From the IMG/VR virus record IMGVR_UViG_3300009180_000046, positions 1 through 60,918 of that record: a DNA stretch of 60,918 nucleotides, one strand, 5' to 3'. Within the stretch, counting starts at the first letter, position 1. The number at the start of each line of letters is the position of its first letter. The position numbers and the translations under genes were made by a program. The DNA is from a virus (Duplodnaviria > Caudoviricetes). This document shows positions 14,356 to 24,310 of this stretch, one piece after another. The notes below the pieces were generated by a model. That model made no database searches, was not told where the DNA came from, and was given only the letters and a program-made list of their open reading frames with translations.

Positions 14356-14804
14356 TGAAAAAATTATTATTCTTATTATTGTTAATTATAACAATTTCTT
14401 GCCGTCCAACAAAAACGGTGACTGAGTACAAAGAAGTTATACGTGTAGATACGTTTAAAACTATACGTACAGAAAAGATATTTCAGGCTGTACACGACAC
14501 GATGACAATTGAGAATCCGTGCGACTCTTCTGGCATTTTAAGCACGTTCTATAGCAAGATCAAGATACCACAAGGGCAAGTAATAATTCGTACCGTACGT
14601 GGCAAGATTCAAGCCACAGTGGACATTGATTCAATCGCTCATGTGTACGAGGATAAGTACCGTAGCAAAAGCGAATTAAATACTCACAACAAGAGTGTAG
14701 AAGTTATTAAGTACAGAGTTCCAACATGGGCAATTATTGTTATACTAATAGAGACTGCTATTATTGTATTGTATGCTTATTTCAAGTTTCTAGTACTTAG
14801 ATAA
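14355..14804 (+). CDS. unimolecular-spanin-like lipoprotein
   Basis: Lipobox TISC plus C-terminal TM, directly after the endolysin. Confidence 0.6.
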   Translation: MKKLLFLLLLIITISCRPTKTVTEYKEVIRVDTFKTIRTEKIFQAVHDTMTIENPCDSSGILSTFYSKIKIPQGQVIIRTVRGKIQATVDIDSIAHVYEDKYRSKSELNTHNKSVEVIKYRVPTWAIIVILIETAIIVLYAYFKFLVLR

Positions 14805-14819
14805 ATTTGCGTATTTTTG
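14802..14819 (+). promoter_or_regulatory. tandem -7 elements upstream of tail fibre
   Basis: TAAATTTG and TATTTTTG. Confidence 0.5.
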
Positions 14820-14843
14820 CTAGATAATAAGCAAAGAATATAG

Positions 14844-17800
14844 ATGGCCCGGATATCAACTTATAGCATTGACACCTATGTAACAGGACTTGATCGTGTC
14901 ATAGGCTCAGACTGGAACACAGAATATAAGACAACTAAGAATTTCACTACCAATGATATTGCCGATTATTTTAATCGGGTAGGTATTATTGATACAGGTA
15001 GTTTCAACTGGACATACAGAATGTATGCCCCGACAGAATCTCAGCCTGCGAAGACGTTTGAATTAGTTGACCATCCATACGATACAGTAGATGTTATCGC
15101 TCTTGCGGGAACCATCAAGGTTTCTTTCTTAACCCTTGCTAATACAGAGCCGGGTGTATTCATTGAAGAAACGTGGTTAGATAAAATTATTCTTATTAAT
15201 CGTCCAGGATTCCCTAGCGAATACGGACTATATAAAGTAACTGCTGTCGTTCATTCAGGCGACTACTATTTCTTAGACTTAGACTTCATTGGCGGTAACT
15301 CAGGAATTATTTACGAAGATGAGTCTGTTTCATTTGGGTTATTCTCAGGCGTAAGTGGCACAAGTGGTACGACTGGTACATCAGGTACAAGTGGTACGAC
15401 GGGTACATCAGGCTCAAGCGGAGTAAACGGCACAAGTGGCTCATCAGGCACAACAGGAACTAGTGGAACCGCAGGTACATCTGGTACTACGGGTACATCT
15501 GGCACAACAGGCACATCAGGCTCTTCGGGCACAGGTGGAACCTCAGGAACTTCGGGAACGAATGGTTCAGGTGGTACATCAGGTACACGTGGTACGTCAG
15601 GCACATCAGGTATTGATGGAATTGATGGAACAGATGGAACTTCGGGAACAGATGGTACTGGTGGAACCTCAGGAACCAATGGTTCAGCTGGTACTTCAGG
15701 TACAGATGGTACAGGAGGTACATCAGGTATAGATGGAACAAGTGGTTCGTCAGGCACATCAGGTATTGATGGCACAAGCGGTGTTGACGGAACAAGCGGT
15801 ACTACAGGTACTTCAGGTACTGCAGGTACTGACGGAACAGGTGGCACTAGTGGAACTTCGGGTGTTAGTGGTACAAGTGGTATTGATGGTACATCAGGTA
15901 CAACAGGTACTAGCGGTTCATCAGGCACAGACGGTACAGGTGGAACTTCAGGTACTAATGGTACGGGTGGAACATCGGGAGTTTCAGGAACAGCAGGTAC
16001 ATCAGGAACAACAGGCACTAGTGGCTCAGGAGGTACTTCTGGAACAGGAGGTACATCGGGGCAAAATGGTGCATCTAATAACTTATTTCTATATAGAGCA
16101 CGCACAACAATTCAAACAGGTTATCCTAGTGATGGACATTTATTGTGGAACAATGCTACACAAATAAATTCAACTCAAATTAATATCAGTCATCTTACTG
16201 ATAATGGAATTGATATTGATATCTTTTTGGGATTGATTCAAGATTCACAACAGATTACAATACAGGATCAAAATCTTTCGGATAATTATCAAACTTGGAA
16301 TGTTAATGGTACGCCAACAGAAGTTTTAGGAGTTGATAATTATTGGATAGTACCTGTTACTTTAATATCATCAGCTGGTACAGGTACAACAAACTTTGCC
16401 AACAACCATCCATTATTCTTAGCTATTGTTTCCCAATCAGGAACCTCAGGCGTAAATGGTACTTCAGGAACCAGTGGTACTACAGGTACTTCAGGTACAG
16501 GTGGTACATCGGGTATTAATGGAACATCGGGTTCATCAGGAATTAATGGCACTAGTGGCATAAGTGGCACGTCAGGAGTTAGTGGAACCTCAGGTATAAA
16601 TGGAACTAGTGGTATTGATGGTACTAGTGGCGTAAGCGGTACAAGTGGCGTTAGTGGAACCGCAGGTACTTCAGGTGTAAATGGAACATCAGGAGTATCA
16701 GGTACCTCAGGAATTAACGGAACTAGTGGAATTAATGGTACGAGTGGCGTTAGCGGCACCTCAGGAACCGGAGGTACTAGTGGTACAGGTGGAACAAGTG
16801 GAACAACTCCTGACCCATCACTATATGTGTTGAAGTCAGGTAGTACAATGACAGGTGGTTTAGTTATTAATCCTGCAAACTCAGCAGTAATTGGACTTGA
16901 TGCTGCATCTGATACATTTAGATTGCGTTCAGATAGCACACAACCTTTTGCTCGTCAATTAACTACTACTATGGGTAGTGGTACAACTGTTAAGATTCAA
17001 GCGGCAGGATATACTGGAACGTATGTTACTGACATAGGATTGTACACATCTTCTAACTCGTCAGTAAATAGCACACCTAATATTTACTTAACAGGTGGCG
17101 ATAACCGTGTAGGCATTAATAACGTAACCCCTGCTTATACACTAGATGTAACAGGTACTGCAGGAGTATCAGGTCAGTTAACATTAGGCTCTACTATTAC
17201 TAATGGCACATATACTTATACATTGCCGGGTGCTACGGGTACACTTGCTTTAGTAGGTAGTTTAGGCTCTTATGTTCCTTATACAGGTGCAACTACAGAT
17301 GTAGTTTTAGGAACTAATAACTTGAAATCTAAGAGCGTTTATGTAGAAGGAGATGGAGCCTTTACAAGTGGTGCTTTATTTTTAAAGCAATACGCTTCAG
17401 GTGCTACAAACGTTACAGGTTACAATATAATTACAACGCAAACAAGTGGATTCTTATTTTCTGCTTCGGTAGCAGCTAGCTTTAAAAACTTTATTTTAGA
17501 TGCAAGCTCGCTTACAGATGTAACACAAAGAACATATACGCTTCCTAATGCTTCAGGCACTCTTGCCTTAACATCTAGTTTAGCTTCTTACGTTCCCTAC
17601 ACAGGTGCAACGGGAGCGGTAAACTTAGGTGCTTTTGATTTAACGGTAAATAGCATAAGAGTTGGTAGAGGAGCAGGAAGTATAGCGGATAACATAGCAG
17701 TAGGGGCTTCTGCTCTTAATTCTAATACAACAGGAACTTCAAATACGGCAGTAGGAAATCTTTCCTTATTTACTAATACAACGGGAGGAGGTAATTCTTC

Positions 17801-20294
17801 ATTTGGAGTTTTTTCTCTTTTATTTAATTTAACAGGAAGCAATAACACGGCAATTGGAGGGTCTACTCTTTATTCTAATACAACAGGAGGAGCTAATGTT
17901 GCAATAGGCTTAAATGCTCTTTATTCTAATACAACAGGAGGTGCTAACACAGCAAATGGTGTCCAAGCTCTTTATGCTAATACATCAGGTATTTATAATA
18001 CTGCAATAGGTAGTACTGCTCTTTATGCTAATACAACAGCAAACTATAATACTGCAGTAGGAAATAATGCCCTTTTAGCTAATACAACAGGAGAAAACAA
18101 TACCGCACTAGGAAATAATGCTGGGCAAAGTATAACAACAGGTAGTAACAATGTTATTATTGGTGGTTATGCTGGAACTGCAGCTATGGCTAATAACATA
18201 GTTTTATCAGATGGGGCGGGAAATATAAAATATCAATGGAACGGAACTACTAATACGCTTTTTGGAACTACCACACTTACGGGAGCTTTAAGCGGTACAA
18301 GTGCTACGTTTTCTAGTAATACTGGAGTAATAGTAGGGGCAAATAGTAGGGCATTTATTCGCCAAACGGTTGGAGGAGATGCTGAAATGGGAGCAGCAAC
18401 AGGAGGATTATTAAGTATATTTAGTAACAATTCTAGTGTTTTATCTTTTGCAGTAGGAGGAGCCGCCACGTTTTCGAGTAGTGTTACGGCAACTTATGCT
18501 AGTTTATCTCAAGCGGGTTCAGCAACGACAATAACACAGAATGCAAGATTTTCGAATACAACAACATCAACCGCTAATGGTTCAGGCGTAGGATTTGATT
18601 TTGCATTAACAGATGCGACAGGAGCAGGAAAACAAACAGGTCAAATAGCAAGTGTTTGGTCAGACAATAGTGCTAATGATGTTGCTGATTTAGCTTTTTA
18701 TACAAGACCGACAGGAGCAGGTATTTCTGAAAAATTAAGAATTACAGGAAATGGTAATGTAGGAATAAATATGACTTCGCCAAGTGCTAAAATGCAAATT
18801 TTAAGCACTTCAGCAGGATCTGCAACCGTAGGATTGTTTTTAAATAATTTCAGCACTACAATAAATACAGAAATTAGATTAGCTTTTGCAGCAAATACAA
18901 ATGATGATATAGCATCTAATAGATATTCCTACATTTCTGCTTTAAATACTAGTGGAAGCAATGGACAAGCTTTATTATTTGCAACTAATGAAGCGGGTGC
19001 TTCTGCGGTAGAACGTATGCGGATTGCTAGTGGAGGTACAGTAAGTATTGGAAATTCATCTCCACAAAATTTATTTAACGCAAACGTAAGAGGATTAGTA
19101 TTTGGTAATTATTCTTCTTTATCAAGTAATAGTTCTTCAGGATGGACAAGTTTAGCTAACAATGCAGCTCAAACAATAGGTTCATCTGAAACAAGTGGAT
19201 GGTCATATCAAAATACTGATGCAGCAGCAAAACTTTCATTAACAAACGGTGGATTTGCATTTCAAGTATCAGGTTCAGGAACAGCAGGAACCGCAATTTC
19301 GTGGACAACTGCTATGACAATTATGAATGCGGCTAATGCAGGAAAGGTAGGCATCGGAACAGCTACGCCAAGCTCATTATTAACAGTAGCAGGCACAACA
19401 GATTTAGCTTATACAAATGGTACTACTATTTTTAGAATTGATAGAAGTGGTTCAGTAGTTAGATTACAAAATTATAGTTCAGGTTCTGCGGCTAATATAT
19501 CTTTAGCTTACGATGGGGGCAACGTAGGCATCGGAACGACTTCGCCTGTATTTAAACTAGATGTTCGAGATACATCTACTAGTAATGTTGTCGTTTCAGG
19601 ATTTGTAAATACTTCTACTGCATCAAATACGACTAAATCAACAACCATTTCTTTATTGCTTACAGACACTGCTGGAACTGCTAAAGATGTAGCTTATTTA
19701 AGAGCATTTACTGATGGGGTCAACGTTTTGGCGGGCGGGCTAGCTTTTGATACTAGACGTACTGATACTACACCTGTTGAAGCGATGCGGATTACTAGCG
19801 GGGGTTCTTTATTAATTGGTCAATCAGCATCTAGTCTAACTGATAACGGTTGGAATTTGGCTAATAGTGGAGGAGGACATACTGCTTTTCAAATTACAAA
19901 TAATGAAGCATTTATATTTAATAATAGAACAGGTGGTACAACTTATCAAATTGATTTTAGAACTCTACAAGTAGAAAGAGGAAATATAACTGTTAGCGAT
20001 GTAGCGGTAGCTTATAACACTGTTTCGGATTACAGATTAAAAGAGGATTTAAAACCTATTAAAGGACTTGAAATTGTTAACAAAATTAATGTTTACGATT
20101 ATAAATGGAAATCCGAAAATACTCGAATGGATGGTGTTTTAGCTCACGAGCTACAAGAAATCCTTCCTTATGCGGTTCAAGGAATTAAAGATGGAGAAAA
20201 AATGCAAAGCGTAGACTATTCCAAAATCGTTCCCGTAATGGTGCAAGCAATTAAGGAGCTAACAGAAAAAGTAAAAACTTTAGAAAACAAATAA
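14844..20294 (+). CDS. long tail fibre: (G-T-S)n collagen-like tracts, beta-roll repeats, C-terminal S74 intramolecular chaperone
   Basis: GTSGTT repeats; NTA.G..AL..NTTG repeats; GNVGIGT motifs; SDYRLKE...GVLAHELQE...VDYSKIVPVMVQAIKEL. Confidence 0.9.
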   Translation: MARISTYSIDTYVTGLDRVIGSDWNTEYKTTKNFTTNDIADYFNRVGIIDTGSFNWTYRMYAPTESQPAKTFELVDHPYDTVDVIALAGTIKVSFLTLANTEPGVFIEETWLDKIILINRPGFPSEYGLYKVTAVVHSGDYYFLDLDFIGGNSGIIYEDESVSFGLFSGVSGTSGTTGTSGTSGTTGTSGSSGVNGTSGSSGTTGTSGTAGTSGTTGTSGTTGTSGSSGTGGTSGTSGTNGSGGTSGTRGTSGTSGIDGIDGTDGTSGTDGTGGTSGTNGSAGTSGTDGTGGTSGIDGTSGSSGTSGIDGTSGVDGTSGTTGTSGTAGTDGTGGTSGTSGVSGTSGIDGTSGTTGTSGSSGTDGTGGTSGTNGTGGTSGVSGTAGTSGTTGTSGSGGTSGTGGTSGQNGASNNLFLYRARTTIQTGYPSDGHLLWNNATQINSTQINISHLTDNGIDIDIFLGLIQDSQQITIQDQNLSDNYQTWNVNGTPTEVLGVDNYWIVPVTLISSAGTGTTNFANNHPLFLAIVSQSGTSGVNGTSGTSGTTGTSGTGGTSGINGTSGSSGINGTSGISGTSGVSGTSGINGTSGIDGTSGVSGTSGVSGTAGTSGVNGTSGVSGTSGINGTSGINGTSGVSGTSGTGGTSGTGGTSGTTPDPSLYVLKSGSTMTGGLVINPANSAVIGLDAASDTFRLRSDSTQPFARQLTTTMGSGTTVKIQAAGYTGTYVTDIGLYTSSNSSVNSTPNIYLTGGDNRVGINNVTPAYTLDVTGTAGVSGQLTLGSTITNGTYTYTLPGATGTLALVGSLGSYVPYTGATTDVVLGTNNLKSKSVYVEGDGAFTSGALFLKQYASGATNVTGYNIITTQTSGFLFSASVAASFKNFILDASSLTDVTQRTYTLPNASGTLALTSSLASYVPYTGATGAVNLGAFDLTVNSIRVGRGAGSIADNIAVGASALNSNTTGTSNTAVGNLSLFTNTTGGGNSSFGVFSLLFNLTGSNNTAIGGSTLYSNTTGGANVAIGLNALYSNTTGGANTANGVQALYANTSGIYNTAIGSTALYANTTANYNTAVGNNALLANTTGENNTALGNNAGQSITTGSNNVIIGGYAGTAAMANNIVLSDGAGNIKYQWNGTTNTLFGTTTLTGALSGTSATFSSNTGVIVGANSRAFIRQTVGGDAEMGAATGGLLSIFSNNSSVLSFAVGGAATFSSSVTATYASLSQAGSATTITQNARFSNTTTSTANGSGVGFDFALTDATGAGKQTGQIASVWSDNSANDVADLAFYTRPTGAGISEKLRITGNGNVGINMTSPSAKMQILSTSAGSATVGLFLNNFSTTINTEIRLAFAANTNDDIASNRYSYISALNTSGSNGQALLFATNEAGASAVERMRIASGGTVSIGNSSPQNLFNANVRGLVFGNYSSLSSNSSSGWTSLANNAAQTIGSSETSGWSYQNTDAAAKLSLTNGGFAFQVSGSGTAGTAISWTTAMTIMNAANAGKVGIGTATPSSLLTVAGTTDLAYTNGTTIFRIDRSGSVVRLQNYSSGSAANISLAYDGGNVGIGTTSPVFKLDVRDTSTSNVVVSGFVNTSTASNTTKSTTISLLLTDTAGTAKDVAYLRAFTDGVNVLAGGLAFDTRRTDTTPVEAMRITSGGSLLIGQSASSLTDNGWNLANSGGGHTAFQITNNEAFIFNNRTGGTTYQIDFRTLQVERGNITVSDVAVAYNTVSDYRLKEDLKPIKGLEIVNKINVYDYKWKSENTRMDGVLAHELQEILPYAVQGIKDGEKMQSVDYSKIVPVMVQAIKELTEKVKTLENK
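15348..16070 (+). repeat. coding G-X-Y (mostly GTS) repeat tract 1
   Basis: Gly at every third residue for ~240 aa. Confidence 0.9.
16439..16805 (+). repeat. coding G-X-Y (GTS/GIN/GVS) repeat tract 2
   Basis: Gly at every third residue for ~120 aa. Confidence 0.9.
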
Positions 20295-20295
20295 T

Positions 20296-20673
20296 ATGAC
20301 AACAACATATCAATGGGTCGTATCTTCAATGGATACCGCACCTTCTTTAGACGGATTAACAGATGTAGTGGTAACAGTACATTGGAGAAGAAATGCAGTT
20401 GCGACAGATGCAGACAAAACTTACTATGCTGACACGTATGGTGCAATGGGTTGCACAACTCCATCGGAGACTGACTTTACTGCTTATCCTGACTTGACAT
20501 TTGAGCAAGTATGTGGATGGTTAGATGCAGGTAATGATGTAGAGGCATTGAATGCAAATCTTGATGCTCAAATTGAGAATCAGATTAATCCGCCAATTAT
20601 TGTGCTACCAAATCCGTGGGCTACTCCTACAATTGCACAAGAAATTGTTGCAGGTGATCAACCTATTGCTTAA
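20296..20673 (+). CDS. tail-fibre-associated protein
   Basis: YQW....M......GL.DVV..VHW...FTAY.DLT.EQV.GW...LD.QI..Q.NPP...LPNPW. Confidence 0.7.
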   Translation: MTTTYQWVVSSMDTAPSLDGLTDVVVTVHWRRNAVATDADKTYYADTYGAMGCTTPSETDFTAYPDLTFEQVCGWLDAGNDVEALNANLDAQIENQINPPIIVLPNPWATPTIAQEIVAGDQPIA

Positions 20674-20695
20674 CTTTGTTAAAAATAACATAAAT

Positions 20696-20965
20696 ATGAA
20701 ACTAAACTTTAATTTTAATCTAGTCGATTTAGACGGCAAGGAAATTGACAATGCTAATGCAGGTAAGTTAGTAGCTAACTCATTAGTGCAACAATCTAAG
20801 GGCGATGCTCTTAAGTTTTGGGAATGGGCTTTAGCTCTTAATAAAGGAGAGGTTCTTGACCTTGACTCATCAGACCAAGAGACTTTGAAAAACTTTGTTA
20901 AGGACAGTGAGAACTTTGCTATCATTGCTAAGGCTCAGTTATTACAATTGTTCAAGAAGGACTAG
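20696..20965 (+). CDS. putative tail fibre assembly chaperone
   Basis: MKLNFNFNLVDLDGKEI...WA..L..G..LDL...D...LK..V; TAACTTTG promoter at 20671. Confidence 0.6.
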   Translation: MKLNFNFNLVDLDGKEIDNANAGKLVANSLVQQSKGDALKFWEWALALNKGEVLDLDSSDQETLKNFVKDSENFAIIAKAQLLQLFKKD

Positions 20966-22969
20966 TCTATCTATTACATCTTCAGCAACTATACTCCTCT
21001 GACACTCAAAATGTCGGGGAGTATTCTTAAAAATGGGGCACCAGTCAAAGTCCCCGGCATCGAATTTAAAGTTGGAGTTATTCCAACATCCATTGCAAAC
21101 ATTCTTATTTGTGATGCGTATGCAATCAAACTCGTGATCCTCTTCGGCAAAGTTATTAATCATCACTACTTGTTTACCTAGAGCCCAAGCCAACCAGCTC
21201 ACTCCACTGCCTAATCCAATGAAGAATTCACTATGGTGGATAATAGCCATCGTCTTTTGGATGTCAGTATTAATAATCTGCTCACAGTTATCGAAAGGAT
21301 TATGCTCAAGTGATACGTTAATTACTTTGTAGCCTTTCTCGTGCAAATAGTTTATCACCCCTTGCCATCCTTCTTTTGTCCAGAACTTACACCCAGCTGT
21401 AGAGTTAGTAGCTATCGTAACATATTTACCATAGTTATTGATGCCAGCATCATACTTTAACTTAGGCTTAATCTCCTCAAAGTCAAGTCCAAGAATATTA
21501 GTTGCTGCTTCTTGCAATTTAATTGTATTTGGCAACACCGGCTCTTTGTTAGTATCATAGAACCAACCTATGTTATACTGAGCATAAATATTAGGAACAA
21601 CTGTGCCAGGTTCCACTAACTCTATCTCAGGAATGTCCAGTATTTTATTTAAAAAAGTGGACAGAATTACTTTGCACTTATGCTTCTTTTGAAACTCTAA
21701 AGCATATGGTGCCCAGGCAATTGTGTCACCTAGTGACTTACTAGCAAGAGCAATGTACACACGCTTGCCTTCTAGGTCAAGTATATTGTGGTGTATGAGC
21801 TCATCGTTCATAAAAACTTTACTCTCCCACTTAGTGTAGTATTGCCTGTTTAGTTTAATCCAACTGTTTGATCCGATAGTATTCTCATATACCAAGTTGT
21901 CGCCATCAAAGTATTGCACTTTAAAGTCTGCTTTTAGCCCTGACTTAATTTCTAGGTATGGCTGACCAACAAAGTGTTGGATGATGGTTACATCTTGTTC
22001 TTGTTTGTCGAGTGTCATTACTTTGTTGTAGAAGTTAATTTGTTTCTCAGTGAATACCTCTGTGGTGTTATCTGTAGGTACATTGTAATTACATTGCACC
22101 GAGTTTAGGTCGGTGTCAATAGGTTGAATATACTTATCAAACATCGATCCATATTGTGGCAGGTTGCGAGCAATAATTGGCTTGCCAAAAGATATCGCCT
22201 CACGTAATACCAATGGATTGCACTCCCATGTAGAGTTAAACATAAATATGTCTGCCCATCTCATATACATTTCTACATTACCTTTCTCTCCCCATATCGT
22301 CACGTTGGAAGGAATGTCTTTCATTAAAGGTTCCCAGTAGTGTTTAAAGTTTATAGCTTGGTTGCCAATAAAGTGAAAGTTCATCTCAGGATACTTTTTT
22401 GCTATCTCAAGACCTTCGGCTTGATTCTTCCCTGGAGTCCATAATCCTACATTGACTACGTTTATTTTACTTGTGTCAAAAGGATTTAGATATAGGTCAT
22501 TTCTTTTATCATCAATTGGGAACTCAATCACCTCTTTGTAAGATGGCGATGAAGCAAATGTTTCTAAGTGATATGGAGTGCAGAAATAGTAGGCATCAGG
22601 GTGAAATATCTTTTCTTTGTCGTGGTTAAATGACACGTCATGGCACGTCTCTACAATCCGGTAGCTTCTGTCCTCACGATATAATTCAGATATCATATCA
22701 CGATTAAACCTTTCAGCAGGCTCGTGGATATGCACAATGTCAGGATTAAACTTAGTTATTATATTAAATAGCTCCATCTTGTCCTCATGTAGAGTATGGA
22801 ATGGAACAAGACTCTTAATGACATTACGTTGTACGACATAGTCTAAGCTATGGCATTGATACTCTACTACCTCAATGTCAAATGTCTTGTAAAGAGTTTG
22901 AATACTCTTCAAAACAAATGCCGGCATCCCGCCAGTCGAACAGTGAGCAATTAAGTATAGTATCTTCAT
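20942..22969 (-). CDS. two-domain glycosyltransferase: N-terminal GT4-like + C-terminal autotransporter O-heptosyltransferase (Aah/TibC)-like
   Basis: N: STGGMP, PDIVHIH, KNQ, STWECNPLVLREAISFG. C: SLGDTIAW.PY..EF, FFIGLGSGVSWLAWALG, VCNGCWN...WCP...FEC iron-finger Cys. Confidence 0.85.
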   Translation of the reverse strand: MKILYLIAHCSTGGMPAFVLKSIQTLYKTFDIEVVEYQCHSLDYVVQRNVIKSLVPFHTLHEDKMELFNIITKFNPDIVHIHEPAERFNRDMISELYREDRSYRIVETCHDVSFNHDKEKIFHPDAYYFCTPYHLETFASSPSYKEVIEFPIDDKRNDLYLNPFDTSKINVVNVGLWTPGKNQAEGLEIAKKYPEMNFHFIGNQAINFKHYWEPLMKDIPSNVTIWGEKGNVEMYMRWADIFMFNSTWECNPLVLREAISFGKPIIARNLPQYGSMFDKYIQPIDTDLNSVQCNYNVPTDNTTEVFTEKQINFYNKVMTLDKQEQDVTIIQHFVGQPYLEIKSGLKADFKVQYFDGDNLVYENTIGSNSWIKLNRQYYTKWESKVFMNDELIHHNILDLEGKRVYIALASKSLGDTIAWAPYALEFQKKHKCKVILSTFLNKILDIPEIELVEPGTVVPNIYAQYNIGWFYDTNKEPVLPNTIKLQEAATNILGLDFEEIKPKLKYDAGINNYGKYVTIATNSTAGCKFWTKEGWQGVINYLHEKGYKVINVSLEHNPFDNCEQIINTDIQKTMAIIHHSEFFIGLGSGVSWLAWALGKQVVMINNFAEEDHEFDCIRITNKNVCNGCWNNSNFKFDAGDFDWCPIFKNTPRHFECQRSIVAEDVIDRLVLLEQL

Positions 22970-23018
22970 ATGCTAAAATTAAAATATAATTAGTACTTTT
23001 ACAAAAAAATATAATACA

Positions 23019-23273
23019 ATGGATAAATTAACACAAGATGAGTTGGATCGTTTCAGAAACGCTCACACAGAAATCAGAAATCTTCGCAATGCTTTAGCAG
23101 ATGCTGAGATATCAATTCACAATTCCAAGCTAGAGAAACATTCTGTTTTAGCTCAACTAGATACAGCAGGGGCTACACACGTTAGCATTCAGCAAGAACT
23201 GCACGCTAAGTATGGAGATATAACGATTGACTTTGCTACTGGAGAAATCAAGAACAAAGATGGTAATTCGTAA
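23019..23273 (+). CDS. small coiled-coil protein
   Basis: 84-aa helical ORF ending KYGDITIDFATGEI. Confidence 0.7.
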   Translation: MDKLTQDELDRFRNAHTEIRNLRNALADAEISIHNSKLEKHSVLAQLDTAGATHVSIQQELHAKYGDITIDFATGEIKNKDGNS

Positions 23274-23478
23274 AATATCAGTAGGTGCAGACTATAAGAA
23301 TGCAATGAACTACATGCATAATCAAGCTGTACTCCAAGGGAACTATAATATACATTTGATTCGTCAGACTGAAGCTGGAGATGTTGAAATCTACATCGAG
23401 GCTAATGATGAGGTGGTATTATGGAAAAAAATTAATGGCAACATGCCATTCTTAATTGAATATAATATAGATTTTTAA
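23260..23478 (+). CDS. conserved phage protein
   Basis: MVIRKISVGADYKNAMNY...LWKK....MP..IEYNIDF. Confidence 0.7.
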   Translation: MVIRKISVGADYKNAMNYMHNQAVLQGNYNIHLIRQTEAGDVEIYIEANDEVVLWKKINGNMPFLIEYNIDF

Positions 23479-23481
23479 ATC

Positions 23482-24036
23482 ATGAAGTCGCCCTATTATT
23501 TTTTGGTAACACCAAAGGGGGGCAAACGGTATGATAATCAAAGAGGAGAACTTTATATTTCTACCTCCAAAGAAGATCATCGTGTAACGACAAGAGAAGC
23601 TGTTGTTATCTCAACCCCTATTAATTACACTGGCCCTATCGAGCCTGGAGACACAATTGTGTGCCATCATAATACTTTCAGGATATACTATGACATGCGA
23701 GGTAGAGAGAAGTCTGCTTGGAATTACTTCCGGGATGATTTGTTCTTTATTGATGACCCATATGCATACAAGAAACCAGGTGGTGAGTGGAAGGGGATAG
23801 GTAGATATCTGTTCATCAAGCCAATCGACAATGACTTTGAAGGCATTACATCTGCGGATGCAAAGAAGCCTCTTACAGGCACGATAAGATACACGAACGA
23901 TGAGATACTAGACTTGGGTGTAAAAGAGGGCGACACGGTCACGTTCGAGCCTGAGAGCGAGTATGAGTTCGACCTAGATGGTGAGATTTTATATCGCATG
24001 TACACCAAGAATGTAACAATAAAATTGAATGAATAA
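23482..24036 (+). CDS. tandem GroES-like co-chaperonin
   Basis: Two GroES-like halves: FLVTP...AVVIS...IEPGDTIV and YLFIKP...GTIRY...VKEGDTVTF...LDGEILYRM. Confidence 0.65.
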   Translation: MKSPYYFLVTPKGGKRYDNQRGELYISTSKEDHRVTTREAVVISTPINYTGPIEPGDTIVCHHNTFRIYYDMRGREKSAWNYFRDDLFFIDDPYAYKKPGGEWKGIGRYLFIKPIDNDFEGITSADAKKPLTGTIRYTNDEILDLGVKEGDTVTFEPESEYEFDLDGEILYRMYTKNVTIKLNE

Positions 24037-24310
24037 AATAACCGAGTTAAAGAAGCGTATTATTGAGTCGGGCTACAAAGCAGTTGAGGAGTTAATCAAG
24101 GTTGCTGAGGAGAAGATTGTCACCCACATGGAGGATGACTTGTCTGCAGACAAACTAAAGAATGCAGCCGCAGCAAAGAAGTTAGCTATCATGGATGCTT
24201 TTGAGATTCTTAAAAGAGTCGAGGAGGAGAATAATATTATTGAGGGAGTAGTTGGAAACTCTGCACCTACTAACCGTGGGTTTGCAGAACAAAGAGCAAA
24301 AGGAAAATGA
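24029..24310 (+). CDS. putative terminase small subunit
   Basis: Helical 93-aa ORF overlapping the TerL start. Confidence 0.55.
   Translation: MNKITELKKRIIESGYKAVEELIKVAEEKIVTHMEDDLSADKLKNAAAAKKLAIMDAFEILKRVEEENNIIEGVVGNSAPTNRGFAEQRAKGK

Noticed and set aside
15311-16939. Long antisense and alternative-frame ORFs (VPxVP- or QV-rich)
   Set aside because: Shadows of the GGN-ACN-TCN repeat codons of the tail fibre.
14844-20294. Diversity-generating retroelement acting on the tail fibre
   Set aside because: No reverse transcriptase and no TR/VR pair differing at adenines. The 204-bp repeat at 37483 differs mainly at synonymous sites.
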